From Alphaproteobacteria bacterium (GTDB lineage Bacteria; Pseudomonadota; Alphaproteobacteria; JAAXGF01), in contig CAUVXB020000001.1 of assembly GCA_963555825.3 (NCBI GenBank), positions 1,248,001-1,312,000 of the forward strand: DNA of 64,000 nucleotides. The letters run 5' to 3'. The position numbers and the translations under genes were made by a program. Below are positions 41,938 to 53,667 of the stretch, in pieces (the first letter of the stretch is position 1; every line of letters begins with the position of its first letter). The notes beneath the pieces are model-generated. The model did not search any database. It was not told where the DNA came from and worked only from the letters and a program-made list of their open reading frames with translations.

Positions 41938-43143
41938 CTAACCCGTGGCGGCTTGGGGCGAGACGAGTTCTACCGGGTGGGCGGTCGCGCGGTAGTACTC
42001 CTCGGCCGCGGCGACGCCGCTGCCGGCCGCGACGTCGATGCCGAGATCGCGCATCGCCATTTCGGCGCCGGCCAGGCCGCTCAGCACCATCAGCTCGTTC
42101 AGGTCACCGAGGTGGCCGATGCGGAACACCTTGCCGGCGACCTTCGAGAGGCCGAGGCCGAGCGACAGGCCGTAGCGCAGGTAGGCGAGCTTGGCGACCG
42201 CGTTGCCGTCGAAGCCCTCGGGCACACGGATCGCGCTGACCGTGTCGGAATACCACTTCGGTTCTGCCGCGCAGAGCGTCAAGCCCCAGGCGTCGACCGC
42301 GCGGCGCACGCCCTCGGCCATCCGGTGGTGGCGCGCGAAGACGTTGTCGAGCCCTTCGCCGAGCAGCATGTCGACCGAGGCGCGCAGGCCGCGGATCAGC
42401 GACATCGGTGGCGTGTAGGGGAAGAAGCCGTCGCGATTGGTCCGGATCATGTCCTCGAAGTCGAAGTAGCAGCGCGGGCAGCGCGCGGTTTTACGCGCCT
42501 CGAGCGCCTTGTCGCTGGCGCACAGGATAGCGAGGCCGGCGGGCAGCATGAAGCCCTTCTGCGAGCCGGACACCGCGACGTCGACGCCCCATTCGTCCAT
42601 GCGAAAATCGATCGAGGCGATCGAGCTGACGCCGTCGACGAACATCATCGCCGGGTGGACGCTGGCGTCGAGCGCGGCGCGCACGCCGGCGACGTCGCTG
42701 GTCACGCCGGTCGCGGTCTCGTTGTGGCAGACCAGCACGGCCTTGATCGTATGATCGGAGTCGGCGGCCAGGCGCTCGGCGAAGATGTCGACCGGCACGC
42801 CCTCGCCCCATTCGACCTCGACCGTCTCGACCTCGATGCCGTGGCGCTGGCAGAGATCGACCCAGAGATGCGAGAACTGGCCGAACACGGCGGCCAACAC
42901 CTTGTCGCCGGGCGACAGCGTGTTGGTGATCGCGGCCTCCCAGCCGCCGGTGCCCGACGACGGGAACAGGAACACCTGGCCCCGGTCGGTCTTGAAGATC
43001 TGCCTGAGATCGGCGAACAGCGGCAGCGTGAAATCGGGCAGATCGGGCGCGCGCTGGTCCTCCATCGCGACGTCGATCGCCTGGCGAACGGCGTGCGGCA
43101 CGTTGGTCGGGCCGGGAATGAACAGAGGCGTGGTTCCGGGCAT
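41938..43143 (-). CDS. sgaA: Serine-glyoxylate aminotransferase (class V PLP)
   Basis: FIPGPTN, SGTGGWEAA, HNETATGV, VDGVSS, GSQKG. Confidence 0.85.
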   Translation of the reverse strand: MPGTTPLFIPGPTNVPHAVRQAIDVAMEDQRAPDLPDFTLPLFADLRQIFKTDRGQVFLFPSSGTGGWEAAITNTLSPGDKVLAAVFGQFSHLWVDLCQRHGIEVETVEVEWGEGVPVDIFAERLAADSDHTIKAVLVCHNETATGVTSDVAGVRAALDASVHPAMMFVDGVSSIASIDFRMDEWGVDVAVSGSQKGFMLPAGLAILCASDKALEARKTARCPRCYFDFEDMIRTNRDGFFPYTPPMSLIRGLRASVDMLLGEGLDNVFARHHRMAEGVRRAVDAWGLTLCAAEPKWYSDTVSAIRVPEGFDGNAVAKLAYLRYGLSLGLGLSKVAGKVFRIGHLGDLNELMVLSGLAGAEMAMRDLGIDVAAGSGVAAAEEYYRATAHPVELVSPQAATG

Positions 43144-43190
43144 GGTACTCCCCCGCGAGATGTCGTTGCGTGTGGTCGGACGTGGCCGCC

Positions 43191-43367
43191 CTAGACGGTG
43201 CCGTAGACCTCTTCCTCGACCCGGCGCATGGCCGAGATGAAGTCATGGCCGCGGCGCGCCGGCGCGCCGGTGTCGGCGATGCGCAGCGTCCGGCTGCCCG
43301 CCGCGCCGGCCGGGCCGACCTCGAGCTGGACCAGGACGCGGGTATCGGAATCTTTCAGGATAGCCAT
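43191..43367 (-). CDS. Short ORF whose N-terminus resembles the SucD/MtkB start
   Basis: MAILKDSDTRVLVQ versus Mtk[15 protein letters not shown]; leads the sgaA operon. Confidence 0.45.
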   Translation of the reverse strand: MAILKDSDTRVLVQLEVGPAGAAGSRTLRIADTGAPARRGHDFISAMRRVEEEVYGTV

Positions 43368-43534
43368 CGGTGAAACCCTCACGTTGTCGACGCGGTTGGT
43401 CCGGGCGCCGAAGCGGTGGGCGTCGATCACGCCGGTTCGGGAAATACGCGGGTCTCTATAACTTTTCCATAAGACAATACGCCCCGTCTTCCCGTAAACT
43501 GCACAAATCCTCATTACTGGCATAACATATTGTA

Positions 43535-44440
43535 ATGGTTAGTCTGCGCGCCAAACTGCCGCCGCCGAACAGCCTGGTAACCTTCGAGGCGGCCGCCCGC
43601 CACCGTAACTTCACCCGCGCGGCGGCCGAGCTCGGCGTCACGCAGGCGGCGGTGAGCCGCCAGATTCGCACGCTCGAGGACCACCTCGGTGTCGCCGTTT
43701 TCCGCCGCGCGCCGAAGGCCCTCCAGCTCACGCGCGAGGGCCTGCGGCTCTTCCAGGCGGTCACCATGGGGCTCGAACACATCGCGACGACGGCGGCCGA
43801 TATCCGCCGCGTGCGGTCCGACGCCGAGGTCACGGTCTCAACCAGCGTGACCTTCGCGTCCTATTGGCTGATGTCGCGCGTCGCCAAGTTCCGCGCCGCC
43901 TATCCCGACATCGAGCTGCGCCTGGTCGCCTCGGCGCCGGTCGCAAATCTGGCGGGTGCCGGCATCGACCTCGCGGTGCGCTACGGCGACGGCCGCTGGC
44001 CCGGCGTCGAGGCAACGCATCTGTTGGACAACGAGGTCTTCCCGGTCTGCGCGCCGCACTACCTCGAAGGCCGTCCGCCATTGACCGAGCCCGCCGACTT
44101 GCTCGGCGAGACGCTTCTGAACCTGGTCGAGTACGACCGCAACTGGGTGACCTGGGAGGCCTGGCTGCGCGAATTCGGCGTCATCGACAAGCCGGCGCGG
44201 CGCGGACCGCAATTCGACAACTACCTGATCCTGATCCAGGCGGCGCTGGGCGGCCAGGGCATCGCCCTTGGCGGCGGCCGGCTCGCCGACGACTTCTTGG
44301 CGTCGGGCGCCCTGGTGCGCCCGATCGCCGCGACGCTGCGCTCGGAACGCGGCTTCTACGTCGTCGTGCCGCGCGAGGCGCCGCTCAGCGAACCCGCCGC
44401 CCTGTTCCGCGACTGGGTGCTGGCGGAGGCGGCGGTCTGA
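43535..44440 (+). CDS. LysR-family regulator (GcvA-like), divergent from sgaA-mtkAB
   Basis: FEAAARHRNFTRAAAELGVTQAAVSRQIRTLE. Confidence 0.93.
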   Translation: MVSLRAKLPPPNSLVTFEAAARHRNFTRAAAELGVTQAAVSRQIRTLEDHLGVAVFRRAPKALQLTREGLRLFQAVTMGLEHIATTAADIRRVRSDAEVTVSTSVTFASYWLMSRVAKFRAAYPDIELRLVASAPVANLAGAGIDLAVRYGDGRWPGVEATHLLDNEVFPVCAPHYLEGRPPLTEPADLLGETLLNLVEYDRNWVTWEAWLREFGVIDKPARRGPQFDNYLILIQAALGGQGIALGGGRLADDFLASGALVRPIAATLRSERGFYVVVPREAPLSEPAALFRDWVLAEAAV

Positions 44441-44510
44441 TCACGACGCCGCGGCTTCGCCCGCGTCGTAGAGCGCCTTGGCCTCGGTCGCGGTGACCGG
44501 CGCGCAGGTC

Positions 44511-44546
44511 GATGCCGATGCCGATGCCGATGCCGATGCCGATGCC
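44511..44546. repeat. (GATGCC)6 simple repeat
   Basis: Six perfect hexamers downstream of the LysR gene. Confidence 0.95.
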
Positions 44547-44861
44547 GGCACGCTTAAAGACATCCGCGATGCCGATCGTCAACCCGTGATCCCGGCCACG
44601 GCAGGCCGCAAACTCGACTCCGGATCCTATGTTTCATTCGATCACGTCCAATTATTGAACCTCCCACACACTCGATAGACCAAATGCATTTAAATTCGTA
44701 AACTACAATCGGCAAGGGCATCGAAAGACGCCCTTGCCGATTTTCACAGCTGCCACTGTTGCAGAGAATTGTTGCAGTAATTGTCAAAACTCTCGCTCGG
44801 TCCGCTCAATTGTCATTGTCGCATGCGCGCGCGATCGGGCTTCCAAAGACAGGGACTATTA

Positions 44862-45248
44862 ATGGACCCCAATCCCTCTACCGCCCCAGGCGTAAATACA
44901 ACCATAAAAGACAGTATTAAGTTTACTGAAAACGCCCTGCAGGTCATTAAGGCATTCCTAAAATCGAACGATATCGACGCTATATTAAAAACATATATTG
45001 CTTTCTGTGTCGTTATTATAATTGTCATTGTATTTATTATTGTACTTTGTGTCGTATTCGCCGTTTTAACCGCCTGTTGCGGCGTCCACTCCTATCCACG
45101 CTGGTGTTTCGCCACGATAATTTTGTTAGCTTCGGGATTGCTGAGGTTGGGCTTCCTCGTACTGGGACGTTCTGGTTCTACGGAAAACATGCTTCGAACA
45201 AAATACAACTTTCAAACGATATCCCATTCGCGGCGGAGGCAAGCATGA
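44862..45248 (+). CDS. AT-rich hypothetical membrane protein
   Basis: Two hydrophobic segments; ATGA overlap with the next gene. Confidence 0.6.
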   Translation: MDPNPSTAPGVNTTIKDSIKFTENALQVIKAFLKSNDIDAILKTYIAFCVVIIIVIVFIIVLCVVFAVLTACCGVHSYPRWCFATIILLASGLLRLGFLVLGRSGSTENMLRTKYNFQTISHSRRRQA

Positions 45249-45497
45249 CTGTGTCGACGAAGGACCCAGTTCCGTTTTGCATAGCTGTCGTGAGTGGCAA
45301 AGGCGGTGTCGGGAAAACAATGCTCGCATCGAATGTCGCTTGGGTGTGCGGCCAGCTTGACACTACATTGCTTATCGATCTCGATTTTCAGAACCAAGGT
45401 GCCACCGGACTATTCAAACCGCATTTTGATTTTTCCTCGGCCAACGCATTTTTGAACGTCTCAACGAGTACCGGTATTGATCTTGCCGATGTCACAA

Positions 45498-46834
45498 TGA
45501 GGTGGTCCCAGAAAATCGGACAGGGAGCTAAGGTGTATTCCACCGGATAACGGAGGAATACGAGATGACGAATCGACGCCGGTTTACGGCGGAATTCAAG
45601 GCCCGGGTGGCGCTGGAAGCGCTGCGGGGCGACAAGACGATCCAGCAGATCGCGGCCAAGCACAAGGTGCATCCGAACCAGGTGAGCGCCTGGAAGCGCC
45701 AGGCGGTGGACGGTCTGGGCGAAGTGTTTTCGAACGGCGCCAACCGCGCTTGCCGGGATCATGAATCCGAGGTCCGCGACCTTCACGCCAAGATCGGCGA
45801 GCTGACGGTGGAACGGGATTTTTTAGCCAGAGGGCTCAAGCGATGAGCCGGGGGGAGCGCAAGGCGATGATCACACGCGACGCCCCCGAGCTGAGCTTGA
45901 GCCGTCAATGCCGCCTGCTTTCGATCGGCCGGTCCTCGTTCTATTATGCGCCCAGGGGGGAGAGCCCTTCGAGTCTGGCGCTGATGCGTCGGATCGACGA
46001 GTTGTTCATGAAGTACCCGTTCTACGGCAGCCGCCAGATGGTCCGCCAGTTGCGGCGGGACGGCGTTTGCGTCGGCCGTCACCGGGTTCGCAGGTTGATG
46101 CGATTGATAGGCCTGGAGGCGATCTATCAGGCGCCGAGAACCAGCGTGCCGCATCCCATGCACCGGATTTATCCTTATCTTCTCAAAGGGATGGCTATCG
46201 ACCAGCCCAATCGGGTCTGGTGCGCCGACATCACCTATATCCCCGTCCAGCGTGGCTTTCTGTACCTGGTAGCGATCATGGACTGGGCGACGCGCCACGT
46301 TTTATCCTGGCGGCTGTCGAACACCATGGACGCTGGATTCTGCGCCGAGGCCTTGGGCGACGCGCTGGCCCGCTACGGCCAGCCGGAGATATTCAATACG
46401 GATCAGGGCAGCCAGTTCACCAGCCTCGACTTCACCGGCGTGCTCAAGAACGCGAGCATCCGCATCTCCATGGACGGTCGGGGCCGCTGCATGGACAACA
46501 TCTTCATCGAGCGCCTGTGGCGGTCTCTCAAGTATGAGGCGGTCTACCTACACGAGCTCACCGACGGCTTCCACGCCGAACGGGTCATCGGCGAGTGGAT
46601 CGGCTTCTACAACACCGAGCGGCCCCATTCGTCCCTCGACGGTCAAACGCCGGCCGAGGCCTACGGGGCCGGTCAACCTGTGGATATGATGGACAAGGCT
46701 CGCGCCTTGCCCACATCCCCACAGGCTCAACAACAGCAACAGGATGTGATAAAAAGGATTTTGGCAGCATGATCAAACAACGGAATACACCTTAACCGCG
46801 CTGCCAAACTGTCCAACAAAGTGGGACCACCTCA
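45498..46834 (+). mobile_element. IS3-family IS, complete (orfA 45565-45846, orfB 45843-46772)
   Basis: IRs TGAGGTGGTCCCA; CAA duplication. Confidence 0.95.
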
Positions 46835-46885
46835 CAATGGTGGATGATAACCTGTATTTTTTGCCCGCCGTGAGTTGGCGCGACC

Positions 46886-48200
46886 TAAAGTGCGCCCCGT
46901 TGTCCAGACCATTATGCGGCCTGTTTAAGATAATTTTTGTCTCCTGATTGCTGTTGTTGCGCCTGTGGGGATGTGGGTAAGCCGTCAGGCTTATCCATCA
47001 TATCCACGGGCCGGTGGCCGCCTTCGAAATAAACCTCGTCGGGCGTATTGTAATCCAGCGACTGGTGCGGTCTCTGGCTGTTGTAGAAGTCGATGTAGGC
47101 GCCGATGCAGCGCCGCGCCTCGGGCAGGCTCTCATAGACCCGGAGATAGACTTCCTCGTATTTGATCGAGCGCCAGAAGCGCTCAATGAAGATGTTGTCC
47201 AGGCAACGCCCTTTGCCGTCCATGGAAACCCGAATGCCGCAGTCCTCCAGCGCCGATACCCAGTCCTTGGCCGTGAACTGCGCCCCCTGGTCCGAGTTGA
47301 CGATGTCCGCAACCCCTTGGGCAAGCGCATCCTCCAGCGCCTCGAGACAGAACGTCCGGCTCATCGAGTTGGACAGGCGCCAGCCCATGATCCGGCGGCT
47401 GTAAACATCGATCAGCGCCACCAAATAAGCGAAGCCCACCGGCAACTTGATGTAAGTGATGTCCACCTGCCAGACCTGACCGGGGCGGACAATGTCCAGA
47501 TCCTGCAGAAGATAAGGATGGACAACGTGGTCCCGCCCCGGGCGGCTGGTCTTGGGCGTGGCGTACAACGCCGCGATCCCCATCGCCTTCATCAGGCGGC
47601 GCACCCGCTTGTGGTTGACGACATGGCCGGCGCGGCGCAAGACCTCGGCGATCTTGCGGTAGCCGTAGAACGGACGGGCCTCCCAGATGTCCCGGATGCG
47701 GTTCATCATGTCGACCTCGTCATCCGTCCCGGAACGCCGCCGGTAGTACACCGTGCTGCGGTTGATATCCAAAAGGGCGCATTGGCGGCGCAGGCTCAAG
47801 TCGCCACCTTCGCGCCGGAGAAGTGCTTTTCTTTTGTCACGGCTCAGCTCTCCAATGCTTTTTTTAAGAAGTCGCGCTCCATCGTCAACTCGCCGATCTT
47901 CTCATGCAACTTGGCGATGGTCCGCTCATCCGCCGTCCCCGACCGGCGGCGCTTGTCGGCGAAAAGGCTCTTGCCCCCACATTCCAACTGGTCACGCCAC
48001 TTCTGGATCGCGCCAACCGAAACCGCATACTCCCGGCTCAGCTCCCCAAGCGTCCGGTCTCCCTTCAACGCCGCCAGCGCCACCTTGAATTTGAAACCTT
48101 CGCCATGCGTCTTGCGAACCCTCGTCATCCTTCAATCCTTCCCCGAAAGAAGGAGACAGACTTATCTTAAACCGTGGTCCGAAAAACGGGGCGCAGCATA
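46886..48200 (-). mobile_element. Second IS3-family IS (orfA 47844-48128, orfB 46912-47799)
   Basis: IRs TAAAGTGCGCCCCG / TATGCTGCGCCCCG; ACC duplication; WQVDITY, NSDQGAQF. Confidence 0.93.
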
Positions 48201-48883
48201 ACCAACCAACGCACGATATAATTTTTGAGGAAGTTTTCGGTGGATCGTTTCATACGAAGTTGCAACAATTTTTGACGGAGAAACTTGCACAAACAAACAT
48301 CAATCGAAAAAATCCTGATGACGCCTAATTTCGTGCAAAACTTCCATAGCATTAATCTTCATTCGCCACTCACGCTTGCGCCGCCGGCGGTCGCCGACGG
48401 CACAATGCCTTTTTCGACGCCGTTTGCCAAGGCGATAAGCGGTAAAAACATACGTCACCGCTGCACCGCGCCGCAGCGGCTGGCGGAACTAGGGCCAGAA
48501 TTCAATCAGCCTGTTGATCGATCCGACCTACGCGACCGCGCGATGCGCGGCGATTGGAGAAATCGGGGGCTATCGGCCGCGGCCCTCGCGACAGTCTTGG
48601 CGTATTGGCTATAGCAAGTTTCAAAAAGCGATCAAATGCCCCCGCGACATCATCTCATCGAGTACGAGAGAATTCGTATCGACATAATTCGCTTTTGGAA
48701 TTGACGGCGAGTCGGACGGCCCCCATGTGCGGGAGGGCTGGCGCCGGTTCAACACGCTCACGATAGTACGGGCGCGCATTGATACGGGCCAGAAACCCCT
48801 ACCCCGAATTCGGCCCCTCGTCCAAAAGCGAACCCCGTTCCAAAGCAACCGTTTCAACGCAAAATTGGAAAAATTCATATGAA

Positions 48884-49096
48884 CCGACATTCCCCAGATG
48901 ACATCCAAATTCGCGGGCGTCGTACTACCGATCCACCGCCATGGGAACTCCGTACCCTTCGTAGCCCTCCGATGCGGCGACTTTGGCGGGCTGATCAAGT
49001 TCGGAACGCCATTTGGCAAAGTATTCCACCATCTCGACGCACCTCTCCCATCGTTTTCACCTCTCCGCTGATTTCCTCGGCCTACGCCGGAACGGG
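48884..49096 (-). mobile_element. IS1380 right-end remnant, truncated by IS21
   Basis: CCGACATTCCCCAGATGACATCC and CTCGGCCTACGCCGG shared with the other IS1380 copies. Confidence 0.8.
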
Positions 49097-51666
49097 TGTC
49101 AATGGCGGAGCAAAAAGGGACCACCTCGGCGGTGTAAGAAGGGACCGCTTGGCGGCTGCGGGCTTGTCCCCGTAGTCCACGGGAGGGCCCCGCGCGCGAC
49201 GCGGCGTGCCCTCAACAGGCTGACGCGGCGGCGCGCGCGGGAGGGACCTGTGGGCCCACGGGGTCAAGCGTGGGCTGGGTGGTCGGTTCAGTTAGCAGTC
49301 GGGGTTTGACGCCTGCGGCTCTGGTTGAGCCTGTAGCTGTCACCGTTCATCTCGAGGATGTTGACGTGGTGGGTGAGGCGATCGAGGAGCGCGCCGGTGA
49401 GGCGCTCGGAGCCGAACACCTCGGTCCATTCGTCGAAGGGCAGATTGGTGGTGACCAGGGTCGAGCCCCGCTCGTAGCGTTGGCTGAACACCTCGAACAA
49501 CAGCTCGGCGCCGGTCTTCGACAGCGGCACGAAGCCGAGTTCGTCGACGATCAGAAGCTTGTAGGTGGCGAGCTTCTTCTGGAACCTCAGCAGCTGCTTG
49601 TCATCGCGGGCCTCGATGAGTTCGTGGACCAGCGCGGCGGCGGTGATGAAGCCGACCGAGAGGCCCTTCTGGCAGGCCGCCAGGCCGAGACCGAGGGCGA
49701 TGTGGGTCTTGCCGGTCCCACTGTTGCCGAGCGCGATGAGGTTCTCGCGGCGCTCGATGTACTCGCAGCGGGCCAGCTCCAGGACCAGCGCCTTGTTGAG
49801 CGAGGGGATGACCTTGAAGTCGAAGCTGTCGAGGCTCTTGACCACGGGGAAGCGCGCCGCCTTGATGCGCCGCTCGACCATGCGGCGCTCGCGGTCGATC
49901 AGCTCGAGCTCGGCGAGTCTCAACAGGTAGCGGACGTGATCGACGCCTTCCGAGGCGCACTGCCGGGCGATCTTGTCGTACTCGCGCAGGAAGGTCGGCA
50001 GCTTCAGCGTCTTGAGGTGGTGGGCGAGCAGCACTTGCGGTGTGTCGGTCATGCGCCGAGCCCCGACAGCAGGCTCATGTACGACTTGGCGGACGTCATC
50101 GCGACCCGGGCGCGCGGCAGATACGGATAGACGTCGAGGTTGAGCCTGGGCGGCCGCCGCTCGATGCGGCACAGTACCAGGTGCTTCACCGCATCAAAGC
50201 CGATTGCGCCGAGCCGCAGGGCGTCGCCGACCGCACCCTCGACCTCCTCGAGCCGGAAGGTCTCCAGTAGACGGAGCACCTGGACGTACTCGCGCTTGCC
50301 TGCCTTGCCCATACGAGCTTCGAGGAGCCGCCGCAGAGTGATGAAGGCCTCGGGCAGGTCCCAGCCCGCCAATGGCGCGGCCTGGTCGAGGGCGCCGATC
50401 TTCTGCTCGATCAAGGGCAGGTAATGCAGCGGGTCGAAGATCAGGTCCTCGCTGTCGTAGGACCGGCGGTGCCGGGCGATCACCTCGGCCCCGCAGCTGA
50501 TCACCACCTCATCGACGTAGCCCCGGATGAGCACCTCACGGTGGCCGTAGGCCACGGGCACGGAATAGTCGTTGCTGCGGTAACGCACCAGCGACAGCGA
50601 ACTCGCCCGTCCAGGGCGCTTATCGCAGGCATCATAGGGAGCAGGCGGCAATGGCAAGAGAACTTGACGATCCCGCTCGAGACGCTCGCCGATGGTCTCC
50701 TTGTGGCCCCGCAGCCGCGCCGCCTGGCGCCGGCGGCACTGTTCGGCGAGAGCATCGTTGAGGGCCGCGAAGCTCTCGGCACGCGGGACGGGGACCAGGA
50801 AGTTCCGCCGGATGAAGCCGACCAGTCCCTCGACCTTGCCCTTGTCGTTGCCCTTGCCCGGCCGGCCGAACCTGTCCTCGAACAGATAGTGGGACTGAAG
50901 CTCCGTGAAGACGCGCGTTCGCTGCCGCTTCCCATCGCCCAGGATCCGGGCAACCGCCAGCTTGGTGTTGTCGTACAGGATGGATCGGGGGACGCCGCCG
51001 AAGAAGGCAAACGCCGCGTTGTGGCCATCGCAGAATGCTTCGGTCGTCTCCGCCGGATAGGCCGCAACAAAGCAACCATCACTGTGGGGAAGGTCGAAGG
51101 CAAGGAAGTGGATCTTCCGTAACGCGCCGCCGATCACCGCCATCGCTTCGCCGAAGTCCGCCTGGGCGTGACCGGGGGAATGGGAGAGTGGCACGAACAC
51201 CTCACGCGACCGAAGCCCCTGCTCACGAACGTAGTCCTTCACGATGGTGTAGCCGCCCGTGAAACCGTACTCGTCCCGGAGGCGGTCGAAGATGCGCTTC
51301 GCAGTGTGCCGTTGCTTGCGGTGGCTGGTCCGATCGTCTTCCAAGATCCGATCGATGATTCCCGTGAACGGACCCAGCTTTGGCCGCCTCGGCGGCGCGC
51401 TTCGGCGATACCCTGGCGGCACCGAGAACGACAGCATCTTACGGACCGTCTTGCGGTCTACACCAAACACCCGCGAGGCCTCGCGGGTGCTCATCCCCTC
51501 GACATGACACGCCCGCCGAACCCGTGCGTACAACTCCACCCGATACATCCCCCCCGCCTTCCAGTCAGAGCAACCCTGACAGAAGGCTATACGCGGTCCC
51601 ATTTTGGTCCGCCGCAGCCGGATCGACCGGCCGCTTCAGTGGGGGATTATTGCTCTGCCGTTCTCA
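49097..51666 (-). mobile_element. IS21-family IS, complete (istA 50049-51548, istB 49288-50052)
   Basis: Inverted copy of 17402-19971; same length and same translated proteins. Confidence 0.95.
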
Positions 51667-51684
51667 AGAGATAGGGACATCGCC

Positions 51685-51787
51685 ATTATCTCTGCAGGAA
51701 ACCGATGTCGGCGGTAGCTGATCTTGTTCATAACAGGAAGCTACTCGCCACGCGCAGCTGACACCAGCCAGTTACCGTGACAGCACC
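51685..51787 (-). mobile_element. IS6 left-end fragment
   Basis: Matches the first ~100 bp of 56019-56824. Confidence 0.9.
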
Positions 51788-52310
51788 CGCCGAGGCGCTC
51801 TACCGCGCGCTGTTGGGCGCCAATGCGCGCAACATGGCGACCTTCGACCTCGCCTACCAGAACCACGTCGACGGCCAGATCGCCGACAACATCGGCTGGC
51901 TCGACTTCACCCACGCGATCACCTTCGCCAACGCACTGCGCCTCGAATGCACCAAGTTCCCCGAGCTGTGGCCTGCGGGATTGCTGCAGTTGGCCTGCTT
52001 CTCGGGCCGCAACGCCGCCTTTACCGACCCCAACATCGCGCTCGAGGACTGGCGCGTCACCGACGTCGACGCATTCTTCGACGCCTCGGTCGATAGCCTG
52101 TTCGACCACGGCCGCGACGAATACATCGTCTCGATCCATTTCGTGAAGACGCTGCTGGCGGCGCGCGACGAGGTCGTCTCGGGCGCGGCGGGCGAGGCGG
52201 CGGCCGACGTCGTCGCGGCGCTCAACCGGCTCCTGAATTCGCCGATCAAGCGCAAGCACGCCCGACGCACCGTGCACCAGGCGATGGCCTTCGTCGCGCT
52301 CGACGGCTGA
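51788..52310 (+). pseudogene. C-terminal fragment of a protein truncated by IS6 (resembles the helical C-terminus of large Rieske-domain proteins)
   Basis: GWLDFTHAITFANA motif, host-like codon usage; no native start. Confidence 0.55.
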
Positions 52311-52344
52311 CCCTTGGTATAATTGCCGTCGCCTGCCGCCGGCG

Positions 52345-53667
52345 TCAATTCCCGTAGTGCAACTTCGGCAGCCACAGGGCGATCTCGGGGAAGGCCATGA
52401 CCAGGATCAGGCCGACCAGCATGACCAAGACGAAGGGGATGATCGAGCGGTAGATATCGCCCAGCGTCACCTCGGGCGGCGCCATCGCGCGCATCAGGAA
52501 CAGGTTGTAGCCGAACGGCGGTGTCATGTAGGCGATCTGGCAGGTGATCGTATAGAGCACGCCGTACCACACCAGGTCGAAGCCGAGAATCTTGACCAGC
52601 GGCACGTAGAGCGGCGCGACGATGACGAGCATCGCCGTGTCGTCGAGGAACATGCCCATCAGGAGGTAGGAGAGCTGCATCATGATGAGCACTTCCCACG
52701 GGCCCAGCCCCAAACTCCCGATGAAGAACGCCTCGATCGCCTTGACCGCGCCGAGCCCATCGAAGACGGCGCCGAAGCATAGCGCGGCCAGGATGATCCA
52801 CATGAACATGCAGCTGATGCCCAGCGTCTTGCGGATCGTCTCTTCCATCACCTGCCTGGTGAGCCGGCCCTTGACCAGCGCGGCCAGCGTCGCCGTCGTC
52901 GCGCCGACGGCCGAACTCTCGGTCAGGTTGGTGATCCCCAGAAGGAACAACCCGGTCATCGAGAAGAATATCAACAGCGGAACGATGCCGGCCCTGAGCA
53001 GCCGCAGCTTTTCGCCCCAACCCACGTCACGCTCTTCGCGCGGCAGCGGCGGGCCCAGTTCGGGCTGAATGAAGCAGCGGATGGCGATGTAGGCGACGAA
53101 CAGCGTCGCCATCATCAGGCCGGGCAAGACGCCGGCGAGCCAGAGCTGGCCGATCGGTTGCCGGGCGATCATGCCGTAGAGGACGAGAACGACACTGGGC
53201 GGAACCAATATCCCCAGCGAGCTTCCCGCCTGGATGACGCCGGTGACCATTATCTTGTCATAGCCGCGCCGCAACAGCTCCGGCAAGGCGATCGTCGCGC
53301 CGATCGCCATGCCGGCGACGCTCAAGCCGTTCATGGCCGAAATCATGACCATCAGGCCGATCGTTCCGATCGCCAGGCCGCCGCGCACCGGGCCGAACCA
53401 GACATGGAACATCTTGTAAAGGTCGTCGGCGATGCCCGACTCCGACAACATGTAGCCCATGTAGATGAACAGCGGCAGGGTCAGCAGCGGATACCACTTC
53501 ATCAGCTTCATGGCGGCGGTGAACGCCATTTCGGAGCCGCCGTCGCCCCACAGCCAGAGCGCCGACGCGACGGCGACGAAGCCGATGGCGGCGAACACGC
53601 GTTGCCCGGTGAGCAGCATGAGCATCATCGAGGAGAACATCAGCACGGCGATCAGCCCGTAGCTCAT
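52345..53667 (-). CDS. dctM: TRAP transporter large permease
   Basis: LGILVPPS, GMFLD, MTPPFGYNLF. Confidence 0.93.
   Translation of the reverse strand: MSYGLIAVLMFSSMMLMLLTGQRVFAAIGFVAVASALWLWGDGGSEMAFTAAMKLMKWYPLLTLPLFIYMGYMLSESGIADDLYKMFHVWFGPVRGGLAIGTIGLMVMISAMNGLSVAGMAIGATIALPELLRRGYDKIMVTGVIQAGSSLGILVPPSVVLVLYGMIARQPIGQLWLAGVLPGLMMATLFVAYIAIRCFIQPELGPPLPREERDVGWGEKLRLLRAGIVPLLIFFSMTGLFLLGITNLTESSAVGATTATLAALVKGRLTRQVMEETIRKTLGISCMFMWIILAALCFGAVFDGLGAVKAIEAFFIGSLGLGPWEVLIMMQLSYLLMGMFLDDTAMLVIVAPLYVPLVKILGFDLVWYGVLYTITCQIAYMTPPFGYNLFLMRAMAPPEVTLGDIYRSIIPFVLVMLVGLILVMAFPEIALWLPKLHYGN

Larger units (their letters stand above)
45245..48328 (+). pseudogene. ParA/MinD-family ATPase disrupted by two IS3 elements
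   Basis: SGKGGVGKT, LIDLDFQ; rejoined frame DVTM|VDDNLYFLPAVSWRD|QPTHD. Confidence 0.82.

Noticed and set aside
44478-44678. DA-repeat ORF or phase-variable locus at (GATGCC)6
   Set aside because: No credible gene; the hexamer would not shift a frame and lies downstream of the LysR gene
48278-48345. Possible mini element GAAACTTGCAC...GTGCAAAACTTC ending the ParA frame
   Set aside because: Weak IR and no duplication
51667-51684. 18-bp stub GGCGATGTCCCTATCTCT (minus strand), possible IS1595 end
   Set aside because: Too short, with no second copy in the window
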